Shown piece by piece: positions 1 through 13,940 of a stretch of 64,000 nucleotides of DNA. Each line of letters opens with the position of its first letter. Positions within the stretch are counted from its first letter, which is position 1. The stretch is from assembly GCA_951406725.2 (NCBI GenBank), contig OX597827.1:72354001-72418000 (forward strand), given 5' to 3'. The translations under genes and the position numbers were made by a program. The notes under the pieces are model-generated. The model was not told the DNA's origin. It saw only the letters and a program-made list of their open reading frames with translations, and searched no databases. The stretch is from Octopus vulgaris (lineage: Eukaryota).

Positions 1-6
1 GAGTGT

Positions 7-47
<41 letters not shown>

Positions 48-510
48 CATACATTTATGTATACATACATGTGTGCATATACACATGTGTTTCTGTTTGC
101 ATGTATATATGTTTGTGTCTGTGTTTGTGCATGCTATTATGTACTAATATGTGTCTGTGACTCTGTGTGTGTGTGTGTGTGTCTGTGTGTGTGTGTGTAT
201 TAACCTACCATGTCTATCTCTGACTTCCGCTTGTTTAAATGATTGCTCTCTTTGTTCCTGATGATGATGATGATGATGACGATGATGATGATGATGATGA
301 TGATGATTGTGATTGTGATGGTGGTGATGATGATGATGATGATGATGATGATGGGGAGAAGTCTGTGCCAGTCAGACTAAATATCTTAGCAGAATTTACT
401 GGGTCAGGTTTGGATTATATTTAGCAGCCTATGGGTATATATTAACAGGGTAATGTTCTACATATGTACATGCACCATTCCACGTGTGTGTGTGTGTGTG
501 TGCGTGCGTG

Positions 511-541
<31 letters not shown>

Positions 542-625
542 GTGTGTGTACCTAATATGCATACATTGTTAATGTATATGTGTGGATACATGTGTCTGTG
601 TGAGATGTATGTATGTGTTTGCATG

Positions 626-673
<48 letters not shown>

Positions 674-1081
674 GATTGTAGGCCATGTGTGTGTGGGTGT
701 GTATGGTTACGTATGTATATATAAATATACAAATGTATTTATATTTGTCTGTCTGTGTGTATGTATGTACGTGTGTGTGTATATATGTTTGTACATATTT
801 AGGTATGTTTACACGTGTATGTGCACATATGTGTGTATGAGTCTGAATGTATGCATCTGTGTGTGTGTGTGCGTGTGTATCATCATTTGCTGTCCCTTTT
901 TCCATGCTGGCATGAGTTGGACAGTTTAACAAGACCAGACGAACCAGAGGGTTCTGCCAATATATATATATATATATATATACCGGAGTAAACACATAAA
1001 TGTGAAACAAGGTGGAAAAATGAGTACTCAAATACCAGTGGTAGAGTAATATGCTTTATTTAAAGCAGCAGAAAATTCAAC

Positions 1082-1128
1082 AAAACCTGTTACTCTGAGT
1101 TTCGCGTTGCCGTTCATCGGACAGTTTT
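1082..1128 (-). ncRNA. Minimal type I hammerhead ribozyme motif, copy A (U4C core variant)
   Basis: Minus strand: aaaaCTGT-CCGATGA-aCGgcaaCGc-GAAA-CTCaGAG-TA-ACAGgtttt; stem I, stem II, near-palindromic stem III, GUA triplet. Confidence 0.65.
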
Positions 1129-1155
1129 TGCTAGTAAAGCAGCAGAAAATTCAAC

Positions 1156-1202
1156 AAAACCTGTTACTCTGAGTTTCCCGTTGCCGTTCATCGGACAGTT
1201 TT
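1156..1202 (-). ncRNA. Minimal type I hammerhead motif, copy B (tandem with A, 74-nt period)
   Basis: Same sequence as copy A apart from one stem II base. Confidence 0.65.
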
Positions 1203-1216
1203 TGCTAGAATCTAGC

Positions 1217-1263
1217 AAAAGCTGTCCGATGAACGGCAACGGAAACTCAGAGTAACAGGTTTT
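1217..1263 (+). ncRNA. Minimal type I hammerhead motif, copy C (inverted relative to A and B)
   Basis: CTGT-CCGATGA-acggcaacg-GAAA-CTCAGAG-TA-ACAG. Confidence 0.6.
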
Positions 1264-1289
1264 GTTGAATTTTCTGCTACTTTAAATAA

Positions 1290-1322
<33 letters not shown>

Positions 1323-1654
1323 GTATATGTATATATATATGTATATGTATATATATATGTATATGTATATGTATATATATATGTATATGTATATATATAT
1401 GTATATGTATATATATGTATGTATATGTATATATATGTATGTATATGTATATATATGTATGTATATGTATATATATGTATGTATATGTATATATATATAT
1501 GTATATATATATATATGTATATATTAATTAACAATTGAGGATAAAATCTTTAAAAGAAATTATCAGTAGTCAGCGTGAAAAACCTCGTAAGAGTTTTGAC
1601 CGCATTGGTCCCTCTTAGCGTGTTGTTATCTACGAATAGTAGTACCCTCAATAT

Positions 1655-1702
<48 letters not shown>

Positions 1703-3224
1703 CGAAAGACTCTGTTTTGTTTCATTTTTGTTGTATAGCCAAAAGGCTTTTGTCCATTATATATGTATAAATCTATTTCTTATGTTACGTTCGTCCAATG
1801 GTCAAAAGACCCTTTCTGCTTCTTATTTCCTTGTGTTTGTATATGTACATTCGTTCGACTTGCTCAGAGGTTCAATGCCTTCAGCTTAAAAGCCTTTGGC
1901 CCAACCGGTTTCGAGTAATGTTGGAGAGGATTAGGTGAAAGTACGTGGACATTCCAGACTCTGACTGAATAAGCAATTTGCTGTGAATGATCCGAGTATC
2001 TTGATTTGTCCTGTTTGCCGTTGTTGAGCCATCGTCCTTTTCCAGCTGGTTATGTTTTGATGATTTCCATTTGTTGTGTTTTTTACCTTTGATGTGCCGG
2101 TGGCACGTAAAATGCACCAATCCGACCGTGGCCGTTGCCAGCCTCGCCTGGCACCTGTGTGGGTGGCACGTAAAAAGCACCCACTACATTCACGGAGTGG
2201 TTGGCGTTAGGAAGGGCATCCAGCTGTAGAAACATTGCCAGATAAGACTGGAGCCTGGTGCAGCCTTCTGGCTTCCCAGATCCCCGGTCGAACCATCCAA
2301 CCCATGCTAGCATGGAGAGCGGACGTTAAACGATGATGATGATGATGATGACATACACACACACACACACACATACACACATACAGCACGCACATAGGTG
2401 TAGACTGTGTGGTAAGAAGCTTGCTTCCCAAGTCCATGGTTCTGGGTTCAGTCCCACTGCGTGGCACCTTGGGCAAGTGTCTTTTACTATAGCCTTGGGC
2501 CAACCAAAACTTTGAGCGGATTTTGTAAACAGAAACTGAAAGAAGTCCATCATATATACACACACACACACACATGTATATATGTATATGTATATATCTA
2601 TGTGTGTGTGTCTTTGAGTCTGTGTTAGTTTCCCACCACTGCCTGATAACTGGTGTTGGTGTGTTTATGTCCCCGTAAATTAGCGGTTTGGCAAAAAGAC
2701 TGATAGAATAAGTGCTAGGCTTAAAAAAATTAGTCCTGCAGTTATTAACTAAAAGTGCTTCAAGGCATTGCTCCAGCATGGCTGCAGTCAAATGAGTGAA
2801 ACAATTAGATGAATAAAAGAATATATATATACACACACATGCATACATATGTTATATTCTTTCCTACTCTAGGCACAAGGCCTGAAATTTTGGGGGAGGG
2901 GCCAGTCAATTATATTAACTCCAGTGCGCAACCGGTACTTAATTTATCGACTCTGCAAGGATGAAAGGCAAAGTCAACCTCGATGGAATTTGAACTCAGA
3001 TTGACTCCAGCGCACAACTGATACTTAATTTATTGATCCTGAAAAGATGAAAGGCGAAGTCAACCTTGGCGGAATTTGAACTCAGAACATAAAGACAGAC
3101 GAAATACTGCTAAGCATTTCACCGAGCGTGCCAATGTTTCTTCCAGGCTAACCAAAGCCTTGTGAGCGAATGTGGATGACGGAAACTGGAAGAAGCCCAT
3201 CATATACATGTGTGTACGTATGTA

Positions 3225-3261
<37 letters not shown>

Positions 3262-3530
3262 GCATGTGTATGTATGTACGTATGTGTGTGTGTGTGTATG
3301 TTTGTGTCTTCTTGTCTTGACAGGATGTGATAGTTGTGAGTATCGATGTCATAGAAGCAGTTCCATTCATTTCCAATATATACTATAAAAACATGTCTGG
3401 CCATGGGGAAAAATTACCTTGCTTGGAAACAGGCAAGGGTTGGTGGCAGGAAGAGCATCCAGCCATAGAAAAATCTGCCTTGAGTAACCTCCATCCAACC
3501 CATGCAGGCATGAAAAAGTGGACGTTAAAC

Positions 3531-4410
3531 CAGTGGTTCTGAATCTTTTTCACCTTCGTGCCTACTTTTTATGATCAAAAAATCCCAGCCCCACTGACCA
3601 CTAGACCAGTTATCTGACCCTTTTCCAGAATATAAACCCCATAAAGTAGTAATTGTTTCCACATGCCAGCTTCATGTACGGGTACAACCAGAATCATTAA
3701 ATTAATACAATGTCAGTGTTATAATATCTTCTTGTTTATGGAATCTGCAGGAAAAAATCTTTATATATAAAAGTGAAGTTGTGTGTCTGTCTCCTCCGAT
3801 TTAGATTCCTAACTACTCCCACATTTTGCAGTGCAGTTTAACCAAAACCGGGTATCTTATAGTCGTGGTTCATATCGAGCCCTTCTGGGTATTAGCATGA
3901 GTCTACGATTTAAAAAAAAATTTACCATCATTTTCCCCCATTTTTAATGCATTTTTTTGCTATTATATAAGGGAAGTAACTCTCTAAAAATGTATTATTA
4001 AATCTCAGAACGTAAAAAGCTACAGTAACACCCCCCCCCTTTGTGGTTAGCCATATTGAGATGGCTATTATACTTTACATCTCTAAAAATGCTTATATAG
4101 TTATTTCCCTTACAAACCCGAGCAACGCCGGGCGATACTGCTAGTCTCATCTAAAAATGGAAGGAAAGTATATTTACATTTTTATTCAGAAGAAACGAAG
4201 AAGCTATTTAATAGCCACGTTGCAGTTGGTGTTTTTCAATTACGTTATCAATTTGAATGTTTTGGAAAAAAATCTTCTGGCAATGCTGGTCAAGACTACA
4301 AATTGAATACTAAAAACAGCCTGTTTCCAATCTAGAAAATTTCCAAGGCCTTCTCGGAATTTTCTTAGGCATCCTCAAAATTTTCCCATGGTCAACGTTG
4401 AGAACCACTG
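3531..4410. mobile_element. hAT-type non-autonomous DNA transposon containing a nested Helitron
   Basis: Terminal inverted repeats cagtggttct...agaaccactg; interrupts the gttaaac/gatgatgat tail of a SINE. Confidence 0.6.
3758..4144 (+). mobile_element. Non-autonomous Helitron
   Basis: 5' TC after A, subterminal hairpin CCCG-agcaacgc-CGGG (4117-4132), 3' CTAG before T, no TSD. Confidence 0.75.
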
Positions 4411-4656
4411 TATTGAATGATGATGATGATGATGATACTCTTTTACTCTTTTGCTTGTTTCGGTCATTTGACTGTGGCCATGCTGGAGCACCGCCTTTAG
4501 TCGAGCAAATTGACCCCAGGACTTATTCTTTGTTAGCCTAGTACTTATTCTATCGTCTCTTTTGCAGAACCGCTAAGTTACGGGAATGTAAACACACCAG
4601 CATTGGTTGTCAAGCGATGTTGGGGGGAACAAATACAGACTCACAAACATACACAA

Positions 4657-4702
<46 letters not shown>

Positions 4703-6180
4703 GACGGGCTTCTTTTCGGTTTCCATCTACCAAATCCACTCACAAGGCTTTGGTTGGCCTGAGGCTATAGTAGGAGACACTTGCCCAAGGTGCCATGCAG
4801 TGGGACTGAACCCGGAACCATGTGGTTGGTAAGCAAGCTACTTACCACAAAGTCACTCCTACAAGGTGTGGCTGTGTGGCTGATTCTTATTACATGACCG
4901 GGTCTACTAATGTATTAAGGCACCCATTATTTACTAATCTGTTGTACATATAGGATTCCATTATTTAACCCTTTAACCATTCAGATTACTTTTCCTAATG
5001 TGATGCTTATTTATGCATATTGTTTTGAATTAATTATGCATTATCTTGTAGCTTCACAATTTTCGTAGGGTAGCTGTGAGAAGCTGGTTCTGGCTGGCTT
5101 CAACATAAAACGGGTAGAATATTTGGGCCTGACATGGCCAGTTTAAATGTTAAAGAGTTAAGGATTTGTTAGTGGTTGAAAGTTTAAACACTCATCTAAG
5201 AAGTGATTTAAACACTCTATGTTGTATCTATGTGGAGGCGCAGTGGCCCAGTGGTTAGGGCAGTGAACTCGTGGTCGGAGGATCGCGGTTTCGATTCCCA
5301 GACCAGGCATTGTGTGTGTTTATTGAGTGAAAAGAGCTAGAAGCTCCACGAGGCTCCGGCAGGGAGGTGGGGGTGGTGACCCCTGTTGTACTCTTTCGCC
5401 ACAACTTTCTCTCACTCTCTCTTCTTGTTTCTTGAGTAATGCTGTGATGGACTGGCGTCTCATCCAGCTGGGGGGGGGGGGCACATATGCCACAGAAACC
5501 ACGAAAACAGGCCCATGAGCCTGGCTAGGCTTGAAAAGGGCGACATTTATCGTTTTTTATGTTGTATCTATGGGGGCATTCATTGGTACTGTGCAAATAT
5601 TGCTGCATTGATAAGTAGTGCTATGATTTGGATTTATCTGAGAGCTGAGAGCTATTGTTGGTTTGTGAATGTAAGGATAGAGTTAATTTCAAGATCTTTC
5701 AGCCTGTTTATTGGTATCTGTCATCATGAATATGTTGCCAACATATTTGGTGTAAATAGTGTGATTATTCTCACAAACAACTTATCTTCCATGCTTACCG
5801 TATAATATGTAGCAAATGTGAGCCTAAAGGGAGAACCCATAGCTATCCCATGCAGCTGTATGTATGAATTACTTTGGGAACTTCAGTTGTGCAGGCCAAA
5901 AGAAACTTTTTCATGATATATCACAGCATAGCAGGTGGTTCTTTGGCATGATGTGTGTACACTTTACCTCATATTATATCTTATAATTTCCATTACTGGG
6001 GCATTGATGAAAAGGCTTTTGACATCTATGGTGGAAATTTTGCTGATTTTGTTGGTTTTTGCAAAACTTCAAGGAATTCACTAGGTGACCCTGAATTGAT
6101 GATAATGAGTTTGGCTTTTTTGCCAACCTCTCTTTGTGCACACACACATATGCATATATATATATATATATTTTTTTTTT

Positions 6181-6621
6181 AACAATTGAGGATAAAATCT
6201 TTAAAAGAAATTATCAGTAGTCAGCGTGAAAAACCTCGTAAGAGAAAAAATCCGTAAATTCTTCCTCTTTAAAAATATTCATTTATATTATATTGAGGGT
6301 ACTACTATTCATAGATACCAACACGCTAAGAGGGACCAATGCGGTCAAAACTACTAAAAAAACGACGAATTCTATGGTTGGCTATCGAGTTTGTAATGTT
6401 ATGTTTTTTCTTATATTTCTTGAGTTTGTTGCACTGACGAACATGAAATGCATATTCTGCATAAAATGCGAAATCACATGTGATATGTAACTGAATTCTT
6501 TTTTAAAATGATGTGTTTTGAAGTTTTGCATTCGGTAAAATTTTGTTTATTTTTAGTAGTTTTGACCGCATTGGTCCCTCTTAGCGTGTTGGTATCTACG
6601 AATAGTAGTACCCTCAATATA

Positions 6622-6625
<4 letters not shown>
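6181..6625. mobile_element. Penelope-like repeat with internal inverted duplication (about 6285-6360 vs 6550-6625); related copies at about 1530-1655 and 52175-52330
   Basis: Shared ggataaaatcttt...agcgtgaaaaacctc motif; TA-microsatellite flanks; hammerhead-like remnant at 6430-6461. Confidence 0.5.
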
Positions 6626-6664
<39 letters not shown>

Positions 6665-7404
6665 GCACAGACACAAATATGTTTGGTATACATGTATGCA
6701 TCTCATCATCATCATCATTACTTAATGCTGGTTTCCATGCTAACAGGAGTTTGACAGGACTGTGCTAAGCTCTGCTGTCAGCTTTGGAATGGTTTCTATG
6801 GTTACATGCCCTTCCTAACATCAACCACTTTATTGAGTGCTGTGAGCTGATTTTTTGGTGTATTTACACCATTTATATACAGCAAGAAATTTTCTCCATG
6901 GCAATACACGGTGAATGGCTTTCTCACGGTTTCGAATATGCCACAAGCATGGTTGAACTGGTAATGACTTTGTATTCATACTCATCACTGCTTAAGGCTG
7001 CCACTTTGTAATTTGTTTATGGTGAGCAACCGATTAGCGATACTAGTCATTATACGATGACTGGAATATCACAAAAGAGGCATCTCTGTTATCAGCTTGC
7101 ATTGCACCTTGTCTGGTTTCTGTGACTGGAAAGAGGAGATAATCACTCCAAAATGCTTGCTTCTCACAGTCAGGGTAGGTGGCGCTGTGAGCTGATGTAA
7201 GGTGTATTTACGCCATTTATCTACAGCAAGAAATTTTCTCAATGGCAGTACATGGTGAATGGCTTTCTTATGGATTCAAGCATGTTCCCAAGCATACTTG
7301 TATTTTATAGAGTGTACAGGGTACATTTTATGCGACACCAGCTCCACCATCGGCATCTCATCTTTGTATTTCTCCCCAACTAGTTCTCATGCATTTGAGA
7401 TTTG

Positions 7405-7642
7405 CGATCTTATTTCTATATTGCCCATGAGGGGCTAAACACAGAGGGGACAAAGAAGGACAGACAAAGTGATTAAGTCGATTACATCGACCCCAGTGCG
7501 AAACTGGTACTTAATTTATCAACTCCGAAAGGATGAAAGGCAAAGTTGACCTCAGCGGAATTTGAACTCAGAACGTAACGGCAGCCGAAATACCGCTAAG
7601 CATTTCACCTGGCATGCTAACGTTTCTGCCAGCTCGCCGCCT
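7405..7642 (-). mobile_element. tRNA-derived SINE with Meta-like central domain; other copies near 13045-13283, 21303-21510, 27885-28075, 45945-46435, 47535-47960, 53240-53470
   Basis: gagctggcagaaacgttagc head, gttcaaattcc B box, gcctttcatcctttcggggtcgataaattaagtaccag domain. Confidence 0.8.
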
Positions 7643-7659
7643 CTTCTTTGAGATTTGAG

Positions 7660-8155
7660 ATCTTGGAATGTCCAGTTCCATGTTTCTTGGATTACCATTT
7701 TTATTTCTCTTCTTTTTTTTTTTTCATTTTCCTTCTTCCATTGTTCATATCACTGCAATTTTTGCATTCCAACTGATTGACTGGCAGGCTCCAAATATGA
7801 CCTACCAGGCAAAAAACCAATGCAGCTGCAGCACCGTCTTCCAGGGGTTGGGATTTGCCTCCAAGAAGGATTTCCTCATTTGTAATTTTATCATACCATT
7901 GTTGATGTAACGTATGTAGCCCCTCCACTGCCTTTGCTGGTGACATTCTCTAAGTTTCAAAACCATTTGTAGAACTATAGCATCCATCATTTAGCCAAAC
8001 CTTCATGTCAGTACTGTTACTTATTATTGCTCAGATTTGGTTCATATGCTGCAATATGGTCCCTGCTTTACAGATTCTTCTGCTCACATCACATATTTTG
8101 CTGCCATCTTTGCCTATGTCGGATAAAAATTGTCCACATCTTCCACCACAACCTG
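7660..8155 (-). mobile_element. Degenerate RTE-type LINE 3' fragment
   Basis: Broken frames give WYDKITNEEIL and similar RTE ORF C-terminal residues. Confidence 0.45.
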
Positions 8156-8227
8156 TATAGCAGCTGGCTGACCAAAGTCTTGTGAGTAGATATGGTTGAC
8201 GGAAACTGAAAGAAGCTTGTCGTACAG

Positions 8228-8280
<53 letters not shown>

Positions 8281-9189
8281 GATATATATATATATATGTG
8301 TGTGTGTCTTTGTCCCCACCGTTACCACTTGATGACTGGTGTTGGTGTGTTTACGTCCCTGTAACTTAGCGGTTCCGCAAAAGAGACCAATAGAATAAGT
8401 ACGAGGGTTAAAAATAGTAAGTCCTGGGGGTCAAATTGTTCGACTAAAATAACCCTTCAAGGCGGTGCTCCAGCATGGCCGCTGTCAAATGATTGAAACA
8501 AACAAGTAAAAGAATGTATTTGTATAGAATTCATTATATACGATGTATCTATTCTTGAGAATTATTTACCTGGGTAAATTGGTGCCAGGAGGAGAGAAGA
8601 ATCTAATTCAGGTGCCAAATATTTTTACTTTTCTGCCACTCCTCCATCACCCATGGCTTGAACTAATCATCGTCGGCAAGCTCGCGTTAAAGACCTCCTG
8701 TACTTAAACATTGCCAAAAGCGCACCAAAGAGACTTGGCTTTCTCTTCAGATCCAGGAAATACTTTCAACGTGGAGCAGCTGTTGGCTAGATTCTTATTA
8801 TTTGTGGTGAATTTCAGACACAGTAAGGAATCAGACAGGGAGACTTGTTTGTGTTTGGATAGCTTTTTTTTTTTTCCTATTTGAAAAACATTTTTTTTCT
8901 TTTTTCCTATTTAAAAAAAAATTTTTTTTTTTTTTTTAACATGAGAATGTAAAATATCTTTTTACATTGTGTGTTCAAATCCTGCTCCTGCTGCTGCTGT
9001 TGCTATTGCTGCTGTTGTTGTTGCTGCTGCTGAGGTTGTCTCTACGTTTCATTCTTCCGAGGTTCGATAAAAATAAATGGCAGTTAAGCACTGGGGTTGA
9101 TTAAATCAACTACAAACTTTCTTCAGAATCTGTGGCCTCGTGCCAAATACCTAGCGGTGTTTAATGATGTACCTATACACCTAAGTTAG

Positions 9190-9236
9190 AAACCACCACC
9201 ACCACCACCACCATCATCACTACCACCACCATCATC

Positions 9237-9267
<31 letters not shown>

Positions 9268-9840
9268 CCACCACCATCATCACCAGCACCAGCACAACCA
9301 ACACCAGCACCACCACCACCACCACCATCATCACCAGCACCACCACCATCATCACCACCACCACCATCATCACCAGCACCACCACCATCATCACCACCAC
9401 CACCATCATCACTACCACCACCATCATCACCAGCACCACCACCATCATCACCACCACCACCATCATCACCAGCACCACCACCAGCACCACCAGCACCAGC
9501 ACCACCACCACCATCATCACCACCATCACCACCACCACCACCACCACCACCATCACCAGCACCAGCACCACCACCACCACCACCATCACCAGCACCACCA
9601 TCACCAGCACCAGCACCACCACCACCACAATCCACCACCATCATCACCAGCACCAGCACCACCACCACCACCACCACCATCATCACCAGCACCACCAGCA
9701 CCATCACCACCACCACCATCACCACCAGCACCACCAGCACCAGCACCACCACCACCACCACCACCATCATCACCAGCACCACTACCACCACTACCACCAC
9801 CACCACCACCATCACCACCACCATCATCATCATCATCATT
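9190..9840. repeat. Compound (CAC/CAT/CAG)n microsatellite
   Basis: Direct reading; similar fields at 28780-30210, 33860-34180, 35110-35580, 43795-44365, 44695-45205 and 63310-63725. Confidence 0.95.
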
Positions 9841-10043
9841 AAGGTAGTGAGCTGGCAGAACCGTTAGCACACCAGGCAAAATGCTTAGAGGCATTTATGT
9901 TCTGAGTTCAAATTCCATGGAGATTCACTTTGCATTACATCTTTTCAGGGTTAATGAGATAAGTAACAGTTGAGCCCTGGAGTCGATGTAATTGGCCAAT
10001 CCCCTCCCCTAAAATTTCAGGCCTTGTGCTTTTCGTATAAAGG

Positions 10044-10992
<949 letters not shown>

Positions 10993-10994
10993 AC

Positions 10995-11620
10995 AAGCAC
11001 TGAAGTGCCATCAGCCGGGCCTGCTTGAGGTGTGCTCAGAGCAATGAAACCGTTCTGCATGCACTTGTCCAGTGCCTGAGCATTGCTGACCTGTAGATTT
11101 ATGTTGAACACCTGCTGTCACGTGTAGGATGGATCTGGCTATCAGCTGAATCCATAGTGGAGATTGCCCCGCCACCCTCCTTTGGCCGGGAGGTGCAGAC
11201 AATTTATATTTGTCTGGTGGCTGTAGCAAAAGAGGTAGTATTGTGGACACGTTTGAAAGGGCTGAAGACAGACTTTTCCCTCTTTGGCCAAGGCCTCCAC
11301 CCTCACTTTCCTTTTCAAAGAGGGAAGGGTTGCCTTCAAGCTAATTTGTTGAAAGGAGCGTGAATGTTGGGAAAAACGGTCAGTGTGAAAGGACCAATTC
11401 TGAGTATACACATATGAAAAAAAATAAAAGAAAGTCTTTTGCCTTGTTGGTCAGGCACCCGCGACTTTTGTGGGGTTTTCCACAAGTAGCCTTAAAGCGC
11501 CTCCCCTTTTGGGAGTTTTATATTGTTTAATTCTTATTGTTTTTTTATTGTTTACACGCAGAAAACCCTTTGTATCATCTTGTCTTTTATGTTGTTGCAT
11601 GTCCTTTTATGTATAACATA
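10995..11620 (+). mobile_element. Degenerate Tx1/L1-type LINE 3' end
   Basis: CLRCAQSNETVLHALVQC zinc-knuckle and ICLVAVAKEVVLWTRLKGL segments with frameshifts; T-rich 3' region. Confidence 0.6.
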
Positions 11621-11696
11621 TAACTTAGAAAGGTTTTGGCCAGTATCGGCCCAGGCCATGTCTAACTTAATAGCACCACCTGGCAAACGAAAGCTA

Positions 11697-11768
11697 TGCA
11701 TCGGCCGGGAGTCAAACCCGGATCGACTGATTGGAAGGCAACCATGCTAACCGTTACACCATCGACGC
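11697..11768 (-). pseudogene. tRNA-Gly(TCC) pseudogene
   Basis: GCGTCGATGGTGTAACGGTTAGCATGGTTGCCTTCCAATCAGTCGATCCGGGTTTGACTCCCGGCCGATGCA: 72-nt cloverleaf resembling metazoan tRNA-Gly-TCC, but with TTTGA instead of TTCGA in the T loop and mismatches in the acceptor and anticodon stems. Confidence 0.8.
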
Positions 11769-11812
11769 AAATGTATAATTTATATTAGCCCTTGTGGCCA
11801 ATAAAAGAACAA

Positions 11813-11845
<33 letters not shown>

Positions 11846-11854
11846 TATTATTTA

Positions 11855-11900
<46 letters not shown>

Positions 11901-12437
11901 GTGTAAGGCAGTGAGATGGTAGAGGCGTTAGCATGCTGGATAAAATGCTTTGAAATATTTCTTCCAGTTTTATGTTCAGAGTTCAAATTCCACCGAGGTC
12001 GACTTTATCTTTTTTTTTCCTTTTGGGGTCAATGAAATAAGTACCAGTTGAGGACTGGGATCGATGTAATCGACTATATTCCACCCACCAAAATTTCGGG
12101 CCTTGTGCCTATAGTAGAAAGAATTGTTATTTGTCCTGTACTGTCCATAATGTTTTTCTTAATGTAAACCCTTTGTGGTTAATGGAGAAATCATCATCAT
12201 CATCATCATTATTATTTTAAGGTGGCAAATTGGCAGGATTGCTAGCATGCTGGGTGAAATGCTTAGTGGTGTTTCATCTATCCTTACGTTCTGAGTTCAA
12301 ATTCCACCAAGGTTGACTTTGCCTTTCATCCTTTTGGGGTCGATAAACTAAGTACCAGTGAAACACTGGGGTTGATGTAATTGACTAGTCCCCTCCCCTA
12401 AAATTTCAAGCATTTTGCCTTTACTAGAAAAGATCAT

Positions 12438-12490
<53 letters not shown>

Positions 12491-13719
12491 TTACTACTAC
12501 TACAACTACTATTGTGTGAGAGAGCAATGCATGCCATCAAAGTGACACTGGGGTAAAATATACGAAGTCCAGTATACCCACCATGACTACCCGACTGATA
12601 AGGGTACACCAGGCACATGCATCACAACCATATGTGTGCGACATGGTGATCTCATATCAAGATAAACAGCGCTAAGGGACATGCTCAACAACTGACAAGC
12701 AAGTCTGTGGTATTGAGCAGAATATTTGCGGTAGCTTATCTTTTATACCATGACAAAACAATGTACACGATAACACTTCCAAGAAGCTTGTCGTATATAT
12801 ATATTTATATGTATGTATATATATGTATGTGTATGTTAGTGTGTCTGTGTTTGTTCCCCTACCATCGCTTGACAACTGATGCTGGTGTGTTTATATCCCT
12901 GTAACTTAGCGGTTCGGCAAAAGAGACCGATAGACTTACAAAGAATAAGTCCTGGGGTCGATTTGTTTGGCTAAAGGCGGTGCTCCAGCATGGCCACAGT
13001 CAAATGACTGAAAGAAATAAAAGAGTAATATACTCATAATTTGAGTTCTTATTTCTTTACTACCCTTAAGGGACTAAACATAGAGGGGACAAACAAGAAC
13101 AGACAAATGGATTAAGTTGATTATATCGACCCCAGTGCGTAACTGGTACTTATTTAATCAACCCAGAAAGGATGAAAGGCAAATTCGACCTCGGCAGAAT
13201 TTGAACTCAGAACGTAGCGGCAGATGAAATACCGCTGAGCATTTCGCCTGGTGTGCTAACGATTCTGCCAGCTCGCCACCTTAGAATTTGAGTTCTAATT
13301 TTCCTGTTTGCACCCACATACCTGTTGATTTGATTAGTGTCAGGCATAAAACCCTTAAGCCTTGTGTCTCTATAAAATTTCTGCTGATTAACCCTTAACC
13401 CTTTAGCATTCAGATTTCTTTGTCAAATGTATTACTTATCTATTCATATTGTTTTGAATTATTCACAGACCATCTTGTAGCTTCAAGATTTCAATGGTGT
13501 GTTTGTATATTTTTAGAATGACATTGTAGGGTAGGTGTGAGAGGTTGAATGTGGTCAGTTTTAAACATAAAACTTGTAGAATATTTGGGCTGGATATGGC
13601 TGGATTAAATGCCTAAGATTAAACAGCTGAAAACAGTTCCATGAATGTGTGTGCCAAATGGGCAGAAAACAAAAATATCTTTTTCTTAACAGCAATTTTT
13701 ATACATATTTTCACTTTAA

Positions 13720-13940
13720 CCCTTTCATTACCAACCCGGCCAAAACCGCCTCTGGCTCTGTAGTACAAATGTCTTGTTTTCTTAAGTCTTGAATTAAAAT
13801 CTTCTACCAAACCTTAGTCACAATTTATGTTCCTAACGCTAGCTTAATGGTAACTAAGTTATTTTAGTAAATTCTCTGTTATATTTAAAATAATTGAAAG
13901 AAACACAGAGCATCTCAAAATATATATGCTAATAAAAGGG
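13720..13940. mobile_element. piggyBac-type MITE (further copies at 17070-17289, 21627-21847 and relatives near 4970, 13400, 16615, 26740)
   Basis: TTAA-CCCTTT...AAAGGG-TTAA ends with shared interior. Confidence 0.7.

Larger units (their letters stand above)
983..1291. mobile_element. Penelope-like element terminal (pLTR-type) fragment with tandem and inverted duplication, in a (TA)n tract
   Basis: 74-bp tandem unit plus inverted copy centred on ctag-aat-ctag (1205-1215); each unit has a hammerhead; AATAAA lies downstream on each strand. Confidence 0.6.

Noticed and set aside
239-424. Poly-Asp ORF
   Set aside because: (GAT)n microsatellite translation with no splice context.
1895-1960. GAAACCGGTT half-motif on the minus strand (similar halves near 50700 and 59225)
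   Set aside because: No recognisable CUGANGA box or stem I, so not counted as hammerheads.
5234-5305. tRNA-like sequence with A and B boxes (also SINE heads at about 28330-28400, 47320-47400, 55192-55260)
   Set aside because: Run into SINE bodies or lack a complete acceptor stem; SINE heads rather than tRNA genes.
8690-8790. Short peptide IAKSAPKRLGFLFRSRKYF
   Set aside because: Likely a tiny CR1/L2-type LINE remnant, too short to annotate and not a host exon.
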